Part shown: positions 13,741-27,105 of the stretch, in pieces
How the letters are laid out: each line of letters starts with the position of its first letter
How positions within the stretch are numbered: position 1 is the stretch's first letter
Origin: Mytilus edulis
Taxonomy: Eukaryota
DNA length: 64,000 bases
Assembly (NCBI RefSeq): GCF_963676685.1
Contig: NC_092356.1
Span: forward strand, 64,604,001-64,668,000
Direction: 5' to 3'
Program-made: the position numbers and the translations under genes
The notes under the pieces: generated by a model
Told to the model about the DNA's origin: nothing
The model's input: only the letters and a program-made list of their open reading frames with translations
Database searches by the model: none

Positions 13741-15319
13741 TAACTCTATTACTTATACTGTTTTTGGTCTCTTGTGGAGAGTTGTCTCATTGGCAATCAT
13801 ACCTCATCTTCTTTTTTATGCGTAACACATGTAACAATAGATCACCCTACGACTTTGAACAATGAATACAAATTTGTGTTATGTAATCCATCTCGAATAT
13901 GTATTTTATCTTACTAAAAAGGATTCAGAAGCAACACAGACATGTAAATCATCTTCATTTATCAACATACTGTAGAAACAATTTAGATAGATGTAAAATT
14001 ATTAATGCATCGATAGCATATCATTGGTTCTTTACTGTCTACATAGCCAGTAGTATATTGTTACAGATCCCTTCACTTGTAATAAGAGCTTCGTGCACAT
14101 CTATTGAAAAAAATGTTGTATGATATTTAATAATTGGTGAAACTCTTCTCTTAGGATCAAGATTCCTTCACTTGCTATAAGAGCTTCGGGGACTCCTATT
14201 TAACAAAAATTGTTTGGATGCATAATTAATTAATAAATATTAAGCTTTTCTGTTAGAATCAAGATCAAAAAATTAATTTATCTACAGTATTGAGCTTTTT
14301 TGGATATCACCAATAGTGCATCAAACCTTTTAAACAACTTACGATTCGTCTAAGGTACTGCTAACGTACTTAGTTCTAACAAAAAATATACAAAAAATAT
14401 AAAGAACTCAAAGACAAATTTAAAAAGTCCATAACATTCATCAAGTTAAGGTATTCCCATTTTAAATCAAATAAATTCTGGATGGACATAAAAGTTTATG
14501 TATAACCATTATAAGTGTCTTATAATAGATTAAAAGGTAAAATCAAGAACAAAGTTGACGAGCATTGAAGATATGAAATTCTCAACGATTTTGAAAATAC
14601 TACGAAAGTAATATATTCCTTGGGTACAACATCCTTAGTATTTCGACGATTTCAAAAGTTTAGTAGTCAGTTTATATTCTATAATGACTATCGCTTTATT
14701 GCTATCTACGACATAATTGGCAAATTGACTCAATTGACCCCTATAGTACAATTTGCGTTACTGCGTCCATTGACCTCTAGCCCCACTAATCAATTACCTT
14801 TTTATATAAAACCATAAGTATAGAAACATACTTAACAGCGGCTTTTATTACAGAATAAACCTCATCTTCATGTTTTATGTTGCCGAAACCACTTACGATC
14901 TGACATGAAAATGATAACATTGTTATATAGTTATAAGTCAATGGTAGCTGAAAGAAGAGTCTCATGAGACTTAAATCATTACAGAAGATTAACACTAGTA
15001 CTGACTTATCACATTTTGCTACTGATTTCTTATGAAGATGCGTAGTTTGATGATATATTGTTCCCAGTGTTCACGTAGTGCACGTATACACTAAGTACAC
15101 TAGTACTACTACTTCCTTCTATAAGGTAATACAAAACAAGAAATTGATCTCTAGTTTTTTTGCAATTGTGTTACACATACAATATTGTAAAACCTATATA
15201 TATAAAATAAACCCTAAAAACAGTTGAAATAGTAAAAGTGTTTGAACATGAGGTACAGCAGTCCAAGTTGTGTTTCTTTAAGATAAAAAATGCAGATCAA
15301 ATCTTGGAACAAGTAGTTA

Positions 15320-15535
15320 AACATGCGTGGTTTGTGAAACAGCTGTATTTACAAAGTGCAACATACATGTATTATTACGTAATTACTGGTAATCAAGACT
15401 ATAATTGTATTGTAAATTGTTTATAAAGTAAGGATCTCAAAAATACTTGTATAGAGAATTGTTTCAATTACAGCATAATTGCATTGCCAAAGAGAAGCTA
15501 TGTTATTACAAAGCACTATATAGAATTTATGTAAA
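15320..15535. promoter_or_regulatory. Repeated ~200-bp module with PAR-bZIP/D-box-type palindrome ATTACGTAAT (7 copies in the window)
   Basis: ATTACGTAAT at 15374, 17256, 31933, 48738, 56365; ATTATGTAAT at 32677; TTTATGTAAT at 53530. Usually preceded by ACAGCTGT and TACATGTA. A regulatory role is inference. Confidence 0.35.
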
Positions 15536-16147
15536 AGAAAAGCGAAATATACCAAAGTACTTTCAAACTCATTATAGTCGAAAATCATCGCCATAGCTCA
15601 AAAATAAAAAGACCAACAGAAAACTAAAGACTAAACAATACTAACCCCACCAAAAAAAGTTCGGTGATATCAGGCGCTTTGAACGGGTAAGCCGATTTTG
15701 GCACCCGTCGTATTGCTCATGTTAGTACAAACAAAGTAATAAGTCTAATTCGGTAGGTCACATTCGGGAAATTGGGCAGGTTTGTAGTTACGACATGAAC
15801 ATATCTGTTATCAACTCTAAAACGGATAACCATTAACGGGCAAACAATTGTGATGGCGTCCGTAACATTTACAAAAGGACGATTTCAACTTCACCATTTG
15901 GAACTCTTGTTTTATTGGCTTCCATGTGAGCAACAAACCCTCTATCAATAAAATCATGTTACTGATTAAAATATTTTAAATGACTTATTTCAACTGTTTA
16001 AAGAAATATTCGATAATAGAAGTAATTATATCGTAATATAGTAGCAATACATATTAAAAATAAATTTATTTTTCAATAAGTGAATCCAATTGAGGTTGAA
16101 AAGCATAAATAATTATGACGTAATTAATCAAGCAATATCTAATAATG

Positions 16148-16385
16148 GCGAAAGCTACCATAGGGACAGTCAGACTCATAGATCGAAAATAAACTGACAA
16201 CGCCATGGCTAACAAAGAAAAGTCAATCAGACAAATACTAGTACACAAGACAAAACATAAAAAGCTGAAGATTAAGCAACACGAACCTCACCAAAAAGTG
16301 GAGAAGATTGCAGGTGCTCCGGAAGGGTAGGCAGATCCTGCTCAACATTTGGCATCCATCGTGTTGCTCATGTTATTACAAACTA
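16148..16385 (-). mobile_element. Truncated 3' tail of PLE family 2 (similar minus-strand copies at ~15536-15960, 22609-22960, 32095-32510, 39243-39375, 48904-49035, 53690-54495, 61396-61540)
   Basis: Reverse complement of the 44520-47717 tail (CAGGTGCTCCGGAAGGGTA..CAGATCCTGCTC). Confidence 0.8.
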
Positions 16386-19300
16386 GTAATATTCAATTTT
16401 AGTCAGTTTGTCTATCTGAGTATGAACAAGTACTTATATACCTTGCAGCTCTCGAAATATTGTTATTCCCTAGTAACCAAATGTTTTACAGCATATAGGT
16501 ACATGTACAATTAGCATTATACTAATTATAGATTACAAAAATATACGATCATAAAGATCAAACAGTTAGAAGTATTAAACACACAAGAAAAAAATACATA
16601 TGAATATAATTCCAAATAGCCAATATATGTAAATAAAGGCAACAGTAGTATACCGCTGTTCAAACTCATAAATCCATGGACAAAAAAATAAATCGGGGTA
16701 ACAAACTAAAACTGAGGGAACAAATGAATTACAAATCAACTTAACGAACACGGTCATTTCTGAGTTCCAGTGCTCTAAATATATATTTACCTAGGTTGCA
16801 GAAGTCATTTACGTTAGTAGTGCTTAATGATATAAGTATCTTTATTTATAAATATGCTGGTTCTATGTTAATCATGCAATTTTATATATTTGATAGGAAT
16901 TTGCATGATTGAAGGGGTTACATTTCTGGAATATGACAGTTGTTGTCTATTCGTTTGATGTGTTTTATCATTTGATGATAACCATTTGATTAGGGACTTC
17001 CCGTTTTGAATTTACCTCCTCGGAGTTCAGTATTTTTGGAATCTAACTTTTTTTTCTAAAACCTTATCTCATTGAGGGACTTTCCGCTTCGAAATTTTCT
17101 CGGAGGTTGGTTGAGTTGCGTCTCTACGAAATGAAATTATGGAATCTAGAAACCATTAGGTAAACAAATTTCAGTTTCAATAAATAATAAATATTGCTCA
17201 AAAGTGCCATCGTTTGTGAAACAGTTGTTTTTACAACGAACAAACTACATGTATTATTACGTAATTACTAGCAATCAAGACTACAGTGTATTCTTAATTG
17301 TTTATAACGTAATGATCTCTAAAATTGTTGTATAGAGAATTGCTCCAATTACACCATGATTGCATTGCAATGTTATTACAAAGCAGTATATTAAAAGTAT
17401 GCAATTGATTAACGTATGTATGTTGTAATTCATTCAAACTATAGTTTTACAGTTTTTATGGAAGTAAATACATAGTTATATATATATAGCAATGTACTTT
17501 TGAATTCATTTGTATTTTAAGTAGTCGATCCCTTCGTTGCTAAAAATCATGAATAATTGGAGAGTAATTACACAAGCAATTGTTGATTATATTGCAAAAT
17601 AGTTGCTTTAAATCCGTTGGCATATCTGAGTATAGAAAGTACATGTATTCCTTGTTACTTTGACATATGATTATCATTATTGTAGGTTTCTTTAATTCAC
17701 AAACATACATGCGTGTATGTTAATATAAAATCAATGAGTGTATGTTTAAATGGGTAAAATTTGAAAGCTTTCTCCAATATTATTCTGTAATAAAACAACC
17801 AATATGTCAGCAACTTCCAAAAATGCAAACTCGCTAGATATTTTCAATTTCAATTTGATATCTGGATCACACTTCGAGATTGACACCAATCTAATTGATT
17901 AACAATCAAATGTTAATTTATCTGAGTTGCATATTTAAAAAGAAACAAGTGATTATAAAGATAAACATATTTTACAAAACAAAATTTACAGTTTTTTTAT
18001 TGAGCTTATACATTAGCCAAACTACAAAAGTTCTGAGGGCGTCAAACAACAAAACACATGATTTTCTAATATTACACTCATGCTACATATGTTTAAACGT
18101 TGTTCTTGTCAATTATAGCTTTTAAAAATAAATTATTCTATTGTGTTTTATGCAGTATTAATAAAATCAAAAAGAACCACCGTCATAAATGTAAAAATAA
18201 AATGCAATATTTTCAAGACTACAAAACTATTATTACTACTTCATCAAAATGATCTGATTTTAGTAAGAATGCATTTTTCTGTTTTTGCTGGTTGCACTTT
18301 CAATGTTCAAAATGTATAACAGAACATATAATATGTTTGTTGTGGGTATAGTTTGTTATGTCTGATAATCCGGGAAAACCACGAAGCGTCCCGAATCAGA
18401 TTTATGATTATTGGTTAGCGTAGTTTACCATGAACTCAAGATTTACAGATAATAACATAGTTATGTGATAAAGTGACAAGGGTAGAGTGTCCTGTATTTA
18501 AAACTTTGTATGTAGTACTTAGTTCTTTGAAATTAAGAAAATGTGGTATGAGTGCCACTGAGACAACTTTCAACAAGAGACTAAATGACACAGATATAAA
18601 GAACTATGGATCACCAAACGGCATTTGAAAATACGCTCATACCTCATTGTCAGCTACAAAGCAGCCCAATATGACAAATGTAAAACAATTCAAACGAGAC
18701 ATCTATCGACCTTATTCATGTACAAAAAAGGGAACGAAAAACAAATATATTACACAGCAACGAACGATTACAACTGAATAACAGACTCCTGACTTGGGAC
18801 TGAAACATAAAAAATGAGAAAGGGGTTAAACAAGTTTGAAGGCGCCAATCCTTCTCCCGAACTTGGACAGGGATGTTACAGTACAATTTGAGAACACACT
18901 ATTGCAAAAATCAGTTGAAAATGGCATAGCTCGGCAGATGGATACAAATAGATATACATTTAACAAAATTTAGAGTGGACCTAACAGGGTACCTATACAT
19001 CCCAACACCTAACAACTTTCTATATTCTTTTATTTCTATTTCAAACTGGAAATTAATACAACATTTGATAGGGTGTGTCTATGGAAGAAGTACATAGCAC
19101 TCTTTGCATCATCTAATGTTGCAGAATAAAAACACGAAATTGAGAGTATCTAGTATCATTGTATAAAACAGAGAATAAGCATAATAAGTGCAAAACGTAA
19201 TTACGTCAATCATTTTTCATGAGAACAATAAGTTTAATGGATGGATGATATCAAATAAGCGCAAAAGCACCAAAAAAATAGTTTTTATTAACATATCGCT

Positions 19301-21162
19301 GAAATTGTATCAGGATTTGACGATTTCATAGATTTATAACATACATCCTTATGTTTGTTTATAAAATATATGCTGGTAGATATAAAGTAAACATTATCAT
19401 ATTCTACAGAAAGAGCACCAAGCAATTATGACGCAGTCGAAATTCAAAGTAAAGGCGATCTGGAAAAAATAAAATAAAGTATAGTTCCACAAATGAACCT
19501 AATTGAAAGAACATATAAGTCTAACAAAAACTTGAGGTTCTTGACTTTGGGAAGGCGAACAATGCTATGATTACTCATGTTTTGTGAGATCCCAACCCCC
19601 GTTATACATCTGGCCAATCATGTTTAAACACCAAACACACAGGAATAAACACAGCTAAACTCAGTACGACAGAAGTTTGGGTTCGATGTAAAATAGGCAA
19701 CAGAAGAAATTAATAAAATGACAATCATAAACATGATTAATTTAAGAAATACAAGCTGTTAATAATATGCCAGCTCCAGAATTCAATTAAAGACATTGAG
19801 CAATAATGTCTTCGTATTAGAGAGCATAACGTGATATCATAGCCACCACGAAAAGGTTTCCATAGATTCAAACAAAAGTGCAGTTTACCTACATTCTATA
19901 CAAGGCGCGCAAATACAGAAAGGAAAAGATAAAAGTAAAAACGCAAAGAACCTGTAGTGACTCATAGTCTATTGATAGCGATACTGGTTGCGATATCAAA
20001 GAACAATTGAGAATGAAAACGGAGAATGTGTCAAAGAGACAAACTGACCAAAGAGTTGAAAGCCACCAATGGGTCCTCAACACAGCGAGAATTTTGCACC
20101 CGTTAGCGGGCTTCAGCTTGGTCGCTTAAAAAATGTGTACAGGTTCAGTAACTCCAAAACATACAAATGAACAAAATTAAAAAAAAAACAACCCTAGATT
20201 TACATAGACCAGAGGCTCCTGACTTGAGAAAGACAAATATATGCGGCAGAGTGAAACGTGTTTTGTCAGTAATCAACCCTTTCAAATACTTCTATCCAAC
20301 GTAGAATAAACAAAAACACAGCAATATGCATAGAAATATCAGTTCAAAAGAAGTGTGACGGACATTTCCCTACGCATACACATTCTGTCAAGATTTGAAC
20401 AGTCACATAAGCAGTTTGTTTTCCAAAAGCATGGTTGTATTACTGCATGCTTAAAGTAGAAAAAGTTCATATCCATCTTTCAAAATTTGCACAATGTACG
20501 ACTTATTGTTCAGATAATAATTTCAAATATTTTAAACGTTAGTTGCAATCCAAGCTATAATCAAGTTAAAATATTGCTAACTTGAAGTCCTTTTTTATTA
20601 TCATCATTAGGGTTTACTACTTTAGCTTGTGCTGGCATTTTTCAAATTTGATATATTCAGAAAATGTTTCATTTCACAACTGATTATCTATTTTTTTTTT
20701 AAACTGTAAACAATATCCTTTCTTATTTTAAGTAAGACAAGTTTTTAATGGTTTGCCAACTTTACCGTAATTTGAATTGATAAGTGTTAAAGAGTATTGC
20801 GTTAAACGTTTATCACTGCCTCGATTAACTATATGAATATCTGTATGATTTTAAGAAGTTAAATGTAATATAATGTGAATCTATATGACATTATTTTATG
20901 TACAAAACAAATAACGAGGTCAAAACATTTATAAAACGTTGAATCAAGGTCAACAGTTTAAGATGAACATGCAACTTCTAGGGTTGATGTGCTCCTGATG
21001 GAAATGAATTAAGACAATGCTTCAAAGGGATGTAATTCATAAAGTTTCAGTTATTTTTAAGCTTTGTATGTAATATTTGCTGCTGTTAGTGATTCATCAA
21101 GCGATAATTCATTACTATGATCGAAAATATATAAATGTAGAGCCTTTAACTACTAATTAGTA

Positions 21163-21610
21163 TCATGATTTCTTTGATGTAGGATTGCTGCTCAAAAGAA
21201 CGCTGTTAAACCAAGAGTTCAACATGGTGGTGTTGAAATCAACTTCCCTTTTTAAGTTTTACGAACGCCATTACGCGTTGGTTGACCGTTATAGAATATC
21301 CGTTTCACAGATATTTATAATTTCGTTACTACAATCCCGTCCCCTTTTCCAGAATTTGACTTACCGAATCAGTAAAGAATTCGGGTTTGCATAAACATGA
21401 GCAACACATGTACATGAGATGCCACATGTAGAGCAAGATCTGGTTATGCTGCAGAGGCATATACTATCACATCCAGTCATTAGTTGTCTTTGTGAGTTTT
21501 GTGTGCTATCGCGTCTTTGTGTATCTTTTTCTTTTTTATCTATAGCGTTGTCAGTTTGTTATAGACTTATGACATTAATTGATCCTCAGGTATTTTTCAT
21601 CCCTCTTTTA
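21163..21610 (+). mobile_element. 3' fragment of PLE family 2 (RT C-terminus plus tail), degenerate
   Basis: ORF 21185-21394 (LLNQEFNMVVLKS..FKFYERH) matches the end of the 43988-44190 RT region and is followed by the tail. Confidence 0.85.
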
Positions 21611-21699
21611 GATAGTAACTTATTGTATGCTTATACATTGAATAAATGCTAAACAATTTTAAGTCCATTGAAGGTCATAGTTGAATATATGATCATAAT

Positions 21700-22050
21700 T
21701 GTCAATGGCACCAGGTTAATAAGTTAATACGCTAGAAATGCCGATGTCACATCTGGTGCAGTTTTGTTCCTCGAGGGTATCACCAGCCCAGTATTCAGCA
21801 CTCTGCGTTCACATTGATTATCATTGAAATAGTCATAATTATAAACAACGATAAAATCACAGTTTAAAAAACTTTGAATTTTTGAAATACTAAGGCTTAT
21901 TCAGGAATTTGTGGACCTAACTGCCAAAAACTTTTTGTTAAGCCTGTTCATTTTTTTTTATTCAAGCGTCACTGATGAGTCTTTTGTAAACGAAACGCGC
22001 GTTTTGCGCAAATACAAAATTTCAATCCTGGTATATATGATGAGTTAATT
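21700..22050 (+). mobile_element. Retrozyme-like repeat family H1, about one monomer; hammerhead at 21967-22008
   Basis: CGTCA-CTGATGA-GTCT..AAAC-GAAA-CGCGCG-TT-TTGCG. The core is intact, but the triplet is GUU and stems I and II carry mismatches. Confidence 0.8.
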
Positions 22051-24240
22051 GTAAAGATTTTTAGTAACATGACATAGATTGAGGTCTATGAAAGTATTTT
22101 CAAAATCAATGTATTACTGCAAATAAAATGTAGGAAGTTGACTTATATAATGCCGACTTTTGTCGATAATTGTGACATATTTTTAAACCTTATTTTAAGC
22201 AACTCCCTATTATAAATAATTGATTTCACAGTTCAAATTTAATTATGTCAATTGATATAAAATTAGTTATGTAAAATAACTCAACTGTATTACTTAATCA
22301 ATACTAATGATGCAAAGAAGAGAATCAGGCTAAATTAAGACCATAAAATTAATGCATGTTGTAAAATAATGTTTTGGATTAATTGATATACACGAAAGGG
22401 TCCAAGGCGCGTGATTCACTAATATAGTAAACTATGCTTATTTGATATGAATAAAATAATCAGAACTAAATAAGTTTGCCAAAAAATGGCTTCATGCTAT
22501 CTGTGAATGTTTTAGACTAAAAGGCAACACTTGTCACTAGTCACTTAACTTCAATATTGATAGAGTTTTCGAAACATGTTTCATTCATTATTAGACTGTA
22601 TGTGTTGAAGAGAGGCGAAAGATACCAGAGGGATATTCAAAAACAGACGCAAAAAAAAAACTGACAACGCCATGGGGGAAAACGAACAAAGACTAACAGA
22701 CACAAAAAAAACTACACAAATCACAACATAGAAAACTAAAGACTAAGCAGCTCGAATCCAAGTATAAAACTGGGAATTATGTTAGTTGCTCCGAAAGAGT
22801 AAAAAGATCCTGCGTCAAATGTGGCATACTTGATGTCAGTACATACCAAGTAAAATGTCCAAATCGGTGGGTCACAGTCGTGAAATAGGAACGGGATTAT
22901 GCTTACGACTTTACAAACATGTCCGCTGTCATCTGTTAAAGGATATGGCATTACGCTCCCTAACTCTTGTTTTATGTATTTATGGTGATCATGTCTTGAT
23001 ACATACATTTCTTTGTGTAGAAAATGGTGGACTTAATCTTATTTTATAGCTAGCGAAATACTCTTTATTTGAAAGTCGCGTAGAATTATTTGGCAACAAT
23101 GTGTAAACAAAACAAAAAGAAAGAATAGGTAAAACTGTTAACCATTGATTGGGGTGTAGCAGTCCAAATTTGTGTTTCTTAGACTTACTTTTACCTAAGT
23201 GCTCTTTAACTTCGTACTTTATTTTGCTTTTTTACTTTTGATTTTAACTTAATGAAATTATGCACACAAAGAGAAACATTGGTGTAATTTGGTGAGTCCG
23301 TTTCAGCTACAGATTTAGGAAGAGTTGATTCTAGAAAACAAATCAACGGTAAATGAATAGGTTGACGTGACGATGATGGTTTAAACATGCATGGTCTTCA
23401 GTTGAAATGAGGATGGCGGATTCTTCGAATAAGTTTTAAAAATCTAAAAATATACAATCGGAATTTACTTGTACTAAATAAAAGAGGGTCTTCTTTAAAG
23501 GTACCGTGTATTTTATTAACCTTTTTGCAGGCTAGGATAACAAGAATATATACTAGATGGATTTAGTTTTATTTCTTGTTATTGGATTACTTTCTCATTA
23601 AAGTATATTACAAAAATGTCCTTCAATTTTAATTGGGAGATAAGAATAACCACTGATAAATTGAAATAGAAAAAAATATAACCTTGAACATTCTCAACAC
23701 TCATTACTAATTTCGATGTATGATACACAACAACCAAATTATCTTACACGAAATTTTCCTTAAATAATTCCATTGGACTTCTTCTCTTTTGACACACATA
23801 TCTGACATCACTGGCAATACAACACATTATGTATTATTGCTAATCAAAAAAGTATTCGTTGTTCTCTTTTTTACACAACCACGGAGATGTGGTGATATTT
23901 CAAACATGACATCTATCCACCAGAGACCAAATGAATTGGATGTACTACGATGAGATAGCTGTCTTCTTATTCCATTATCGTTCTATTTCTTATACTGCTT
24001 TTGGTCTCTTGTGGAGAGTTGTCTCATTGGCAATCATACCACACCTTCTTTTTTATACGTAAGTAACAATAGATCACCCTACGGCTTTTAGTAATCATAA
24101 CATGTTGGTGTTATTGTAATCCATCATAATATATATTTTATTTTAATAAAAAGGATTCAGAAGCAACACAGACATGTAAAACATCTTCATTGGTTAACAC
24201 GCTGTAGAAACAATTTAGATAGGTATGAAATTATTAATGT

Positions 24241-24546
24241 ATAATTTAAATTTGGATGTAACGCGTCTTCTGCTTGGCTGACGTTATTTTTTTATTAGCC
24301 CATAGACATAATTTAGTCATGTGACCGTGACGTCATCAACGTTTTTTTATGGTTTTCTACGGTTTAAAATGGAATTTAGAATTAAATTATAAGAAATGAC
24401 TGTAATATTTGTTCTGTCTATTCGAAATAACATAAAAAATGTGGTGCACACTGTTAAATAACCCGCTACGCGCGTTATTCAGTGTGCACCAAATTTTTTA
24501 TGTTATTTCTTCATAGACAGAAAAAATATTACAGTCATTCCTTAAA
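24241..24546. mobile_element. Non-autonomous element with ~155-bp terminal palindrome (Crypton-like architecture)
   Basis: AATGACTGTAATATT...GGTGCACACTG / CAGTGTGCACC...AATATTACAGTCATT. Absent from the paralogous TTAATGCATCGATAGC site in other copies. Confidence 0.7.
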
Positions 24547-24836
24547 TCGAAAGCATATCATTGGTTCCTATCTGTTTACCTAGCCAGTGATATATTGTTA
24601 CTGATCCCTTTACTTGTAATAAGAGTTTCGTGAACTTCTATTTAACAAAAATTGTTTGAATGTATAATTAATTAATAAATAGTTAAACTTAAAAAATACA
24701 AAATATATACAGAACTCCAAGACAAATTCGAAAAGTCCATAACATTCATCAAGTTTACATATTCCCTTTGAAAAAAGAAAATGTATTTTAAAAATAAATT
24801 CTTGATAGACCTAAAAGTTTATGTATTACCATTTAA

Positions 24837-25262
24837 AAAAATTGAAAACAACACGTTTAATAATTTATTGCGTCCGAAACGCTTTTCTGGATTTACCTTT
24901 ATCAGGAACGCTCAAAGCCAAACATTTAAAATCCAAAAATGTATAAGTACCGAAACCGTTGAAGAGCTATATGTCAAAAATACCTAAAATAAATAGCCAA
25001 ATCCATCTAAAGCCATCTCTGCCTGAGGGAGTTGAAACCTTAGTTTCTTAATAATTTCCAATTTATAAACGGACAATTTAAGAAAGGTTTGTGAAATCAT
25101 GTCAGTACCGAGGTACTGACTACTGAGCTGATGATACCCTCGGGACTGATAGTCCACCAGCAGAGGTATCGATCCAGTAATGTAAAAAACTGAAAACTAC
25201 CCGTTTAATAATTTCTTGCGTCCGAAGCGCTTTTCTGGATTTACCAGAACGCTCAAAGTCAA
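24837..25262 (-). mobile_element. Retrozyme-like repeat family H2: 349-nt monomer bounded by two hammerhead remnants
   Basis: Direct repeat at 24842 and 25191. Minus strand reads GCGTTC-CTGATAA-AGGTAAATCCA-GAAA-AGCGTT-TC-GGACGC (24870-24911). The second copy (25218-25252) lacks the CUGAUGA box. Confidence 0.8.
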
Positions 25263-25442
25263 ATATGTATAACGGACTTCAGAATAACAAAGATTAAACA
25301 GTAAAATCAAGAACAAAGCTGACGAGCATTGAGAATATGAAATTCTAAACAGTTTTGCAAATAGTACGAAGGTAATCTATTTATTTGGTAGAATATCCTT
25401 AGTATTTCGACGATTTCAAAAGTTTAGTAATCAGTTTATAAC

Positions 25443-25889
25443 CTATAATGACTCTGTCAATGATGTATTGCTATCTACGACATCATTGGCAAATTTACCC
25501 AATTGGCCCCTATAGTACAATTTGCCTAACTGCGTCGATTGAACTCTAGCCCCACAAATCAATATCGTTTTTATCTAAACCAATAAATATATAGACGTAC
25601 TTTATAGCGTGATTTTACTATCGTAAAAACGTCATCTTATGTTTTATGTTGCCGCGACCACTTACGATCTGACATGAAAATGACAACCTTGCTACATAGT
25701 TATAATTCAATGGTAGCTGAAATCAGAGTTTCTTGAGACTTAACTTTTTTACGAAAGATTGAGACTAGTACTGACTGATCATTTAATGCTTCTGTTGTCT
25801 TACGAAAATGCGTAGTTTTAAGGATATATTGTTACCAATGTTCGCGTAGTGCTCGTATGCACTGAGTACACTAGTACTACTACTTCGTT
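25443..25889 (-). pseudogene. Three exon-like segments (25889-25804, 25716-25666, 25574-25443) of an unidentified decayed gene in the duplicated unit
   Basis: YAG acceptors and GTAAG donors lie at equivalent positions in most paralogous copies, with ~90-nt introns. One spliced frame stays open for 88 codons in this copy only. Confidence 0.3.
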
Positions 25890-26098
25890 CTATAAGGTAG
25901 TACAAAACAAGAAATTGATCTGTAGTTATTTGCACTTTGCTACGTATACAATATTGTAAAACCTATAAAAACAAACACAAATTAACCCACAAAAACAGAT
26001 TCTTAGTTGCATAAGGGTGCATTATTCATATAGTTTCTATGATAAAATAGTCTAATGTACCTTATACGTTTCAAATGAACAAAGATCAGAAGGCGACA

Positions 26099-26473
26099 TT
26101 TTTCTTTGTTGTGATGTTATGCTATTGTTTCAGAAAAAGGGAGAAGGTTTGGATCCATTAAAACGTTTAATCCCGCTGCAAATGTTTGCACCTGTCCTTA
26201 GTCAGGAATCTAATGTACAGTAGTTGTCGTTTGTTTATGTAATATATACGTGTTTCTCGTTTCTCGTTTTGTTTATATAGATTAGACCGTTGGTTTTCCC
26301 GTTTGAATGGTTTTACACTAGTAATTTTGGGGCCCTTTATAGCTTGTTGTTCGGTGTGAGCTAAGGCTCCGTGTTGAAGGCCGTACTTTAACCTATAATG
26401 GTTTACTTTTTAAATTGTTATTTGTATGGAGAGTTGTCTCATTGGCACTCACATCACATCTTCCTATATCTAT
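26099..26473 (+). mobile_element. Dispersed non-autonomous repeat ending GGAGAGTTGTCTCATTGGCA..CACATCTTC (related copies at 33249-33578 -, 54030-54397 +, 57768-58230 -, 63665-63993 +, and older ones at 18535-19010, 36440-36880, 60520-60890)
   Basis: Shared 3' end with variable 5' truncation. This copy is absent from paralogous sites of the duplication. Confidence 0.75.
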
Positions 26474-26702
26474 TATCTCGAACATACAGTGAACAAAAGA
26501 ATACAGCATTTTGACAGGCTATCTTTAATAGAACCATGCTAAAGGCTAATAAGTGGGTCCATATGACGTGATAATGAAATATTTAACATATACAATGATA
26601 GTTGAAAGAAAAAAAATGGTTTTAGGCTATAACTTAATTTTGCAGAGCCATCCACTGAAAAAAGCTTAATTTTCAAAAACTTACACGAAAGAGGCCTAAT
26701 TT

Positions 26703-27105
26703 TACTCTAGAGGTAGCTCAAAGTACGTTGATTTTGTTGAATGAGGAATACTGTTTTCTCAAAATTTGCTAAGACAGGGCTATGCATCAATCAAAATAAG
26801 TTCATCACTCAAAATATGTTACGGTCACCATCATGAGCTGATTGACCATTATGACAAAAGTGGGCCAGAAATCATATCTGATATTCTTCCTCCGTCATAA
26901 TAACCTCCCATCAATACCGAATTGAACGAAGAAATAACACGACGGGTGCCGTATACGGTGCAAGAAATGCTAAACTTCTCGGCGCACCCGATTTTACTCT
27001 TCGTTTTAAGTGCAGTTCGTGTTGTTTCCTATTTATTATTTATAAATGTCCTTTGGTTTTCTGAGTCTTTGTTTACTCCTTGATTTTGATTTTTATTGTC
27101 TTTAT
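26703..27105 (+). mobile_element. 3' remnant of a third PLE family (RT C-terminus plus structured 3' UTR)
   Basis: 26703-26900 translates YSRGSSKYVDFVE*GILFSQNLLRQGYASIKISSSLKICYGHHHELIDHYD...PS*, homologous to family 2 YSRACISYRYFLDRGLFLTRKLLNQEFQ. Confidence 0.8.

Larger units (their letters stand above)
12741..22310. repeat. Segmental duplication copy B2
   Basis: Collinear with 23750-41730 and 49930-62010 once element insertions are removed. Confidence 0.85.
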
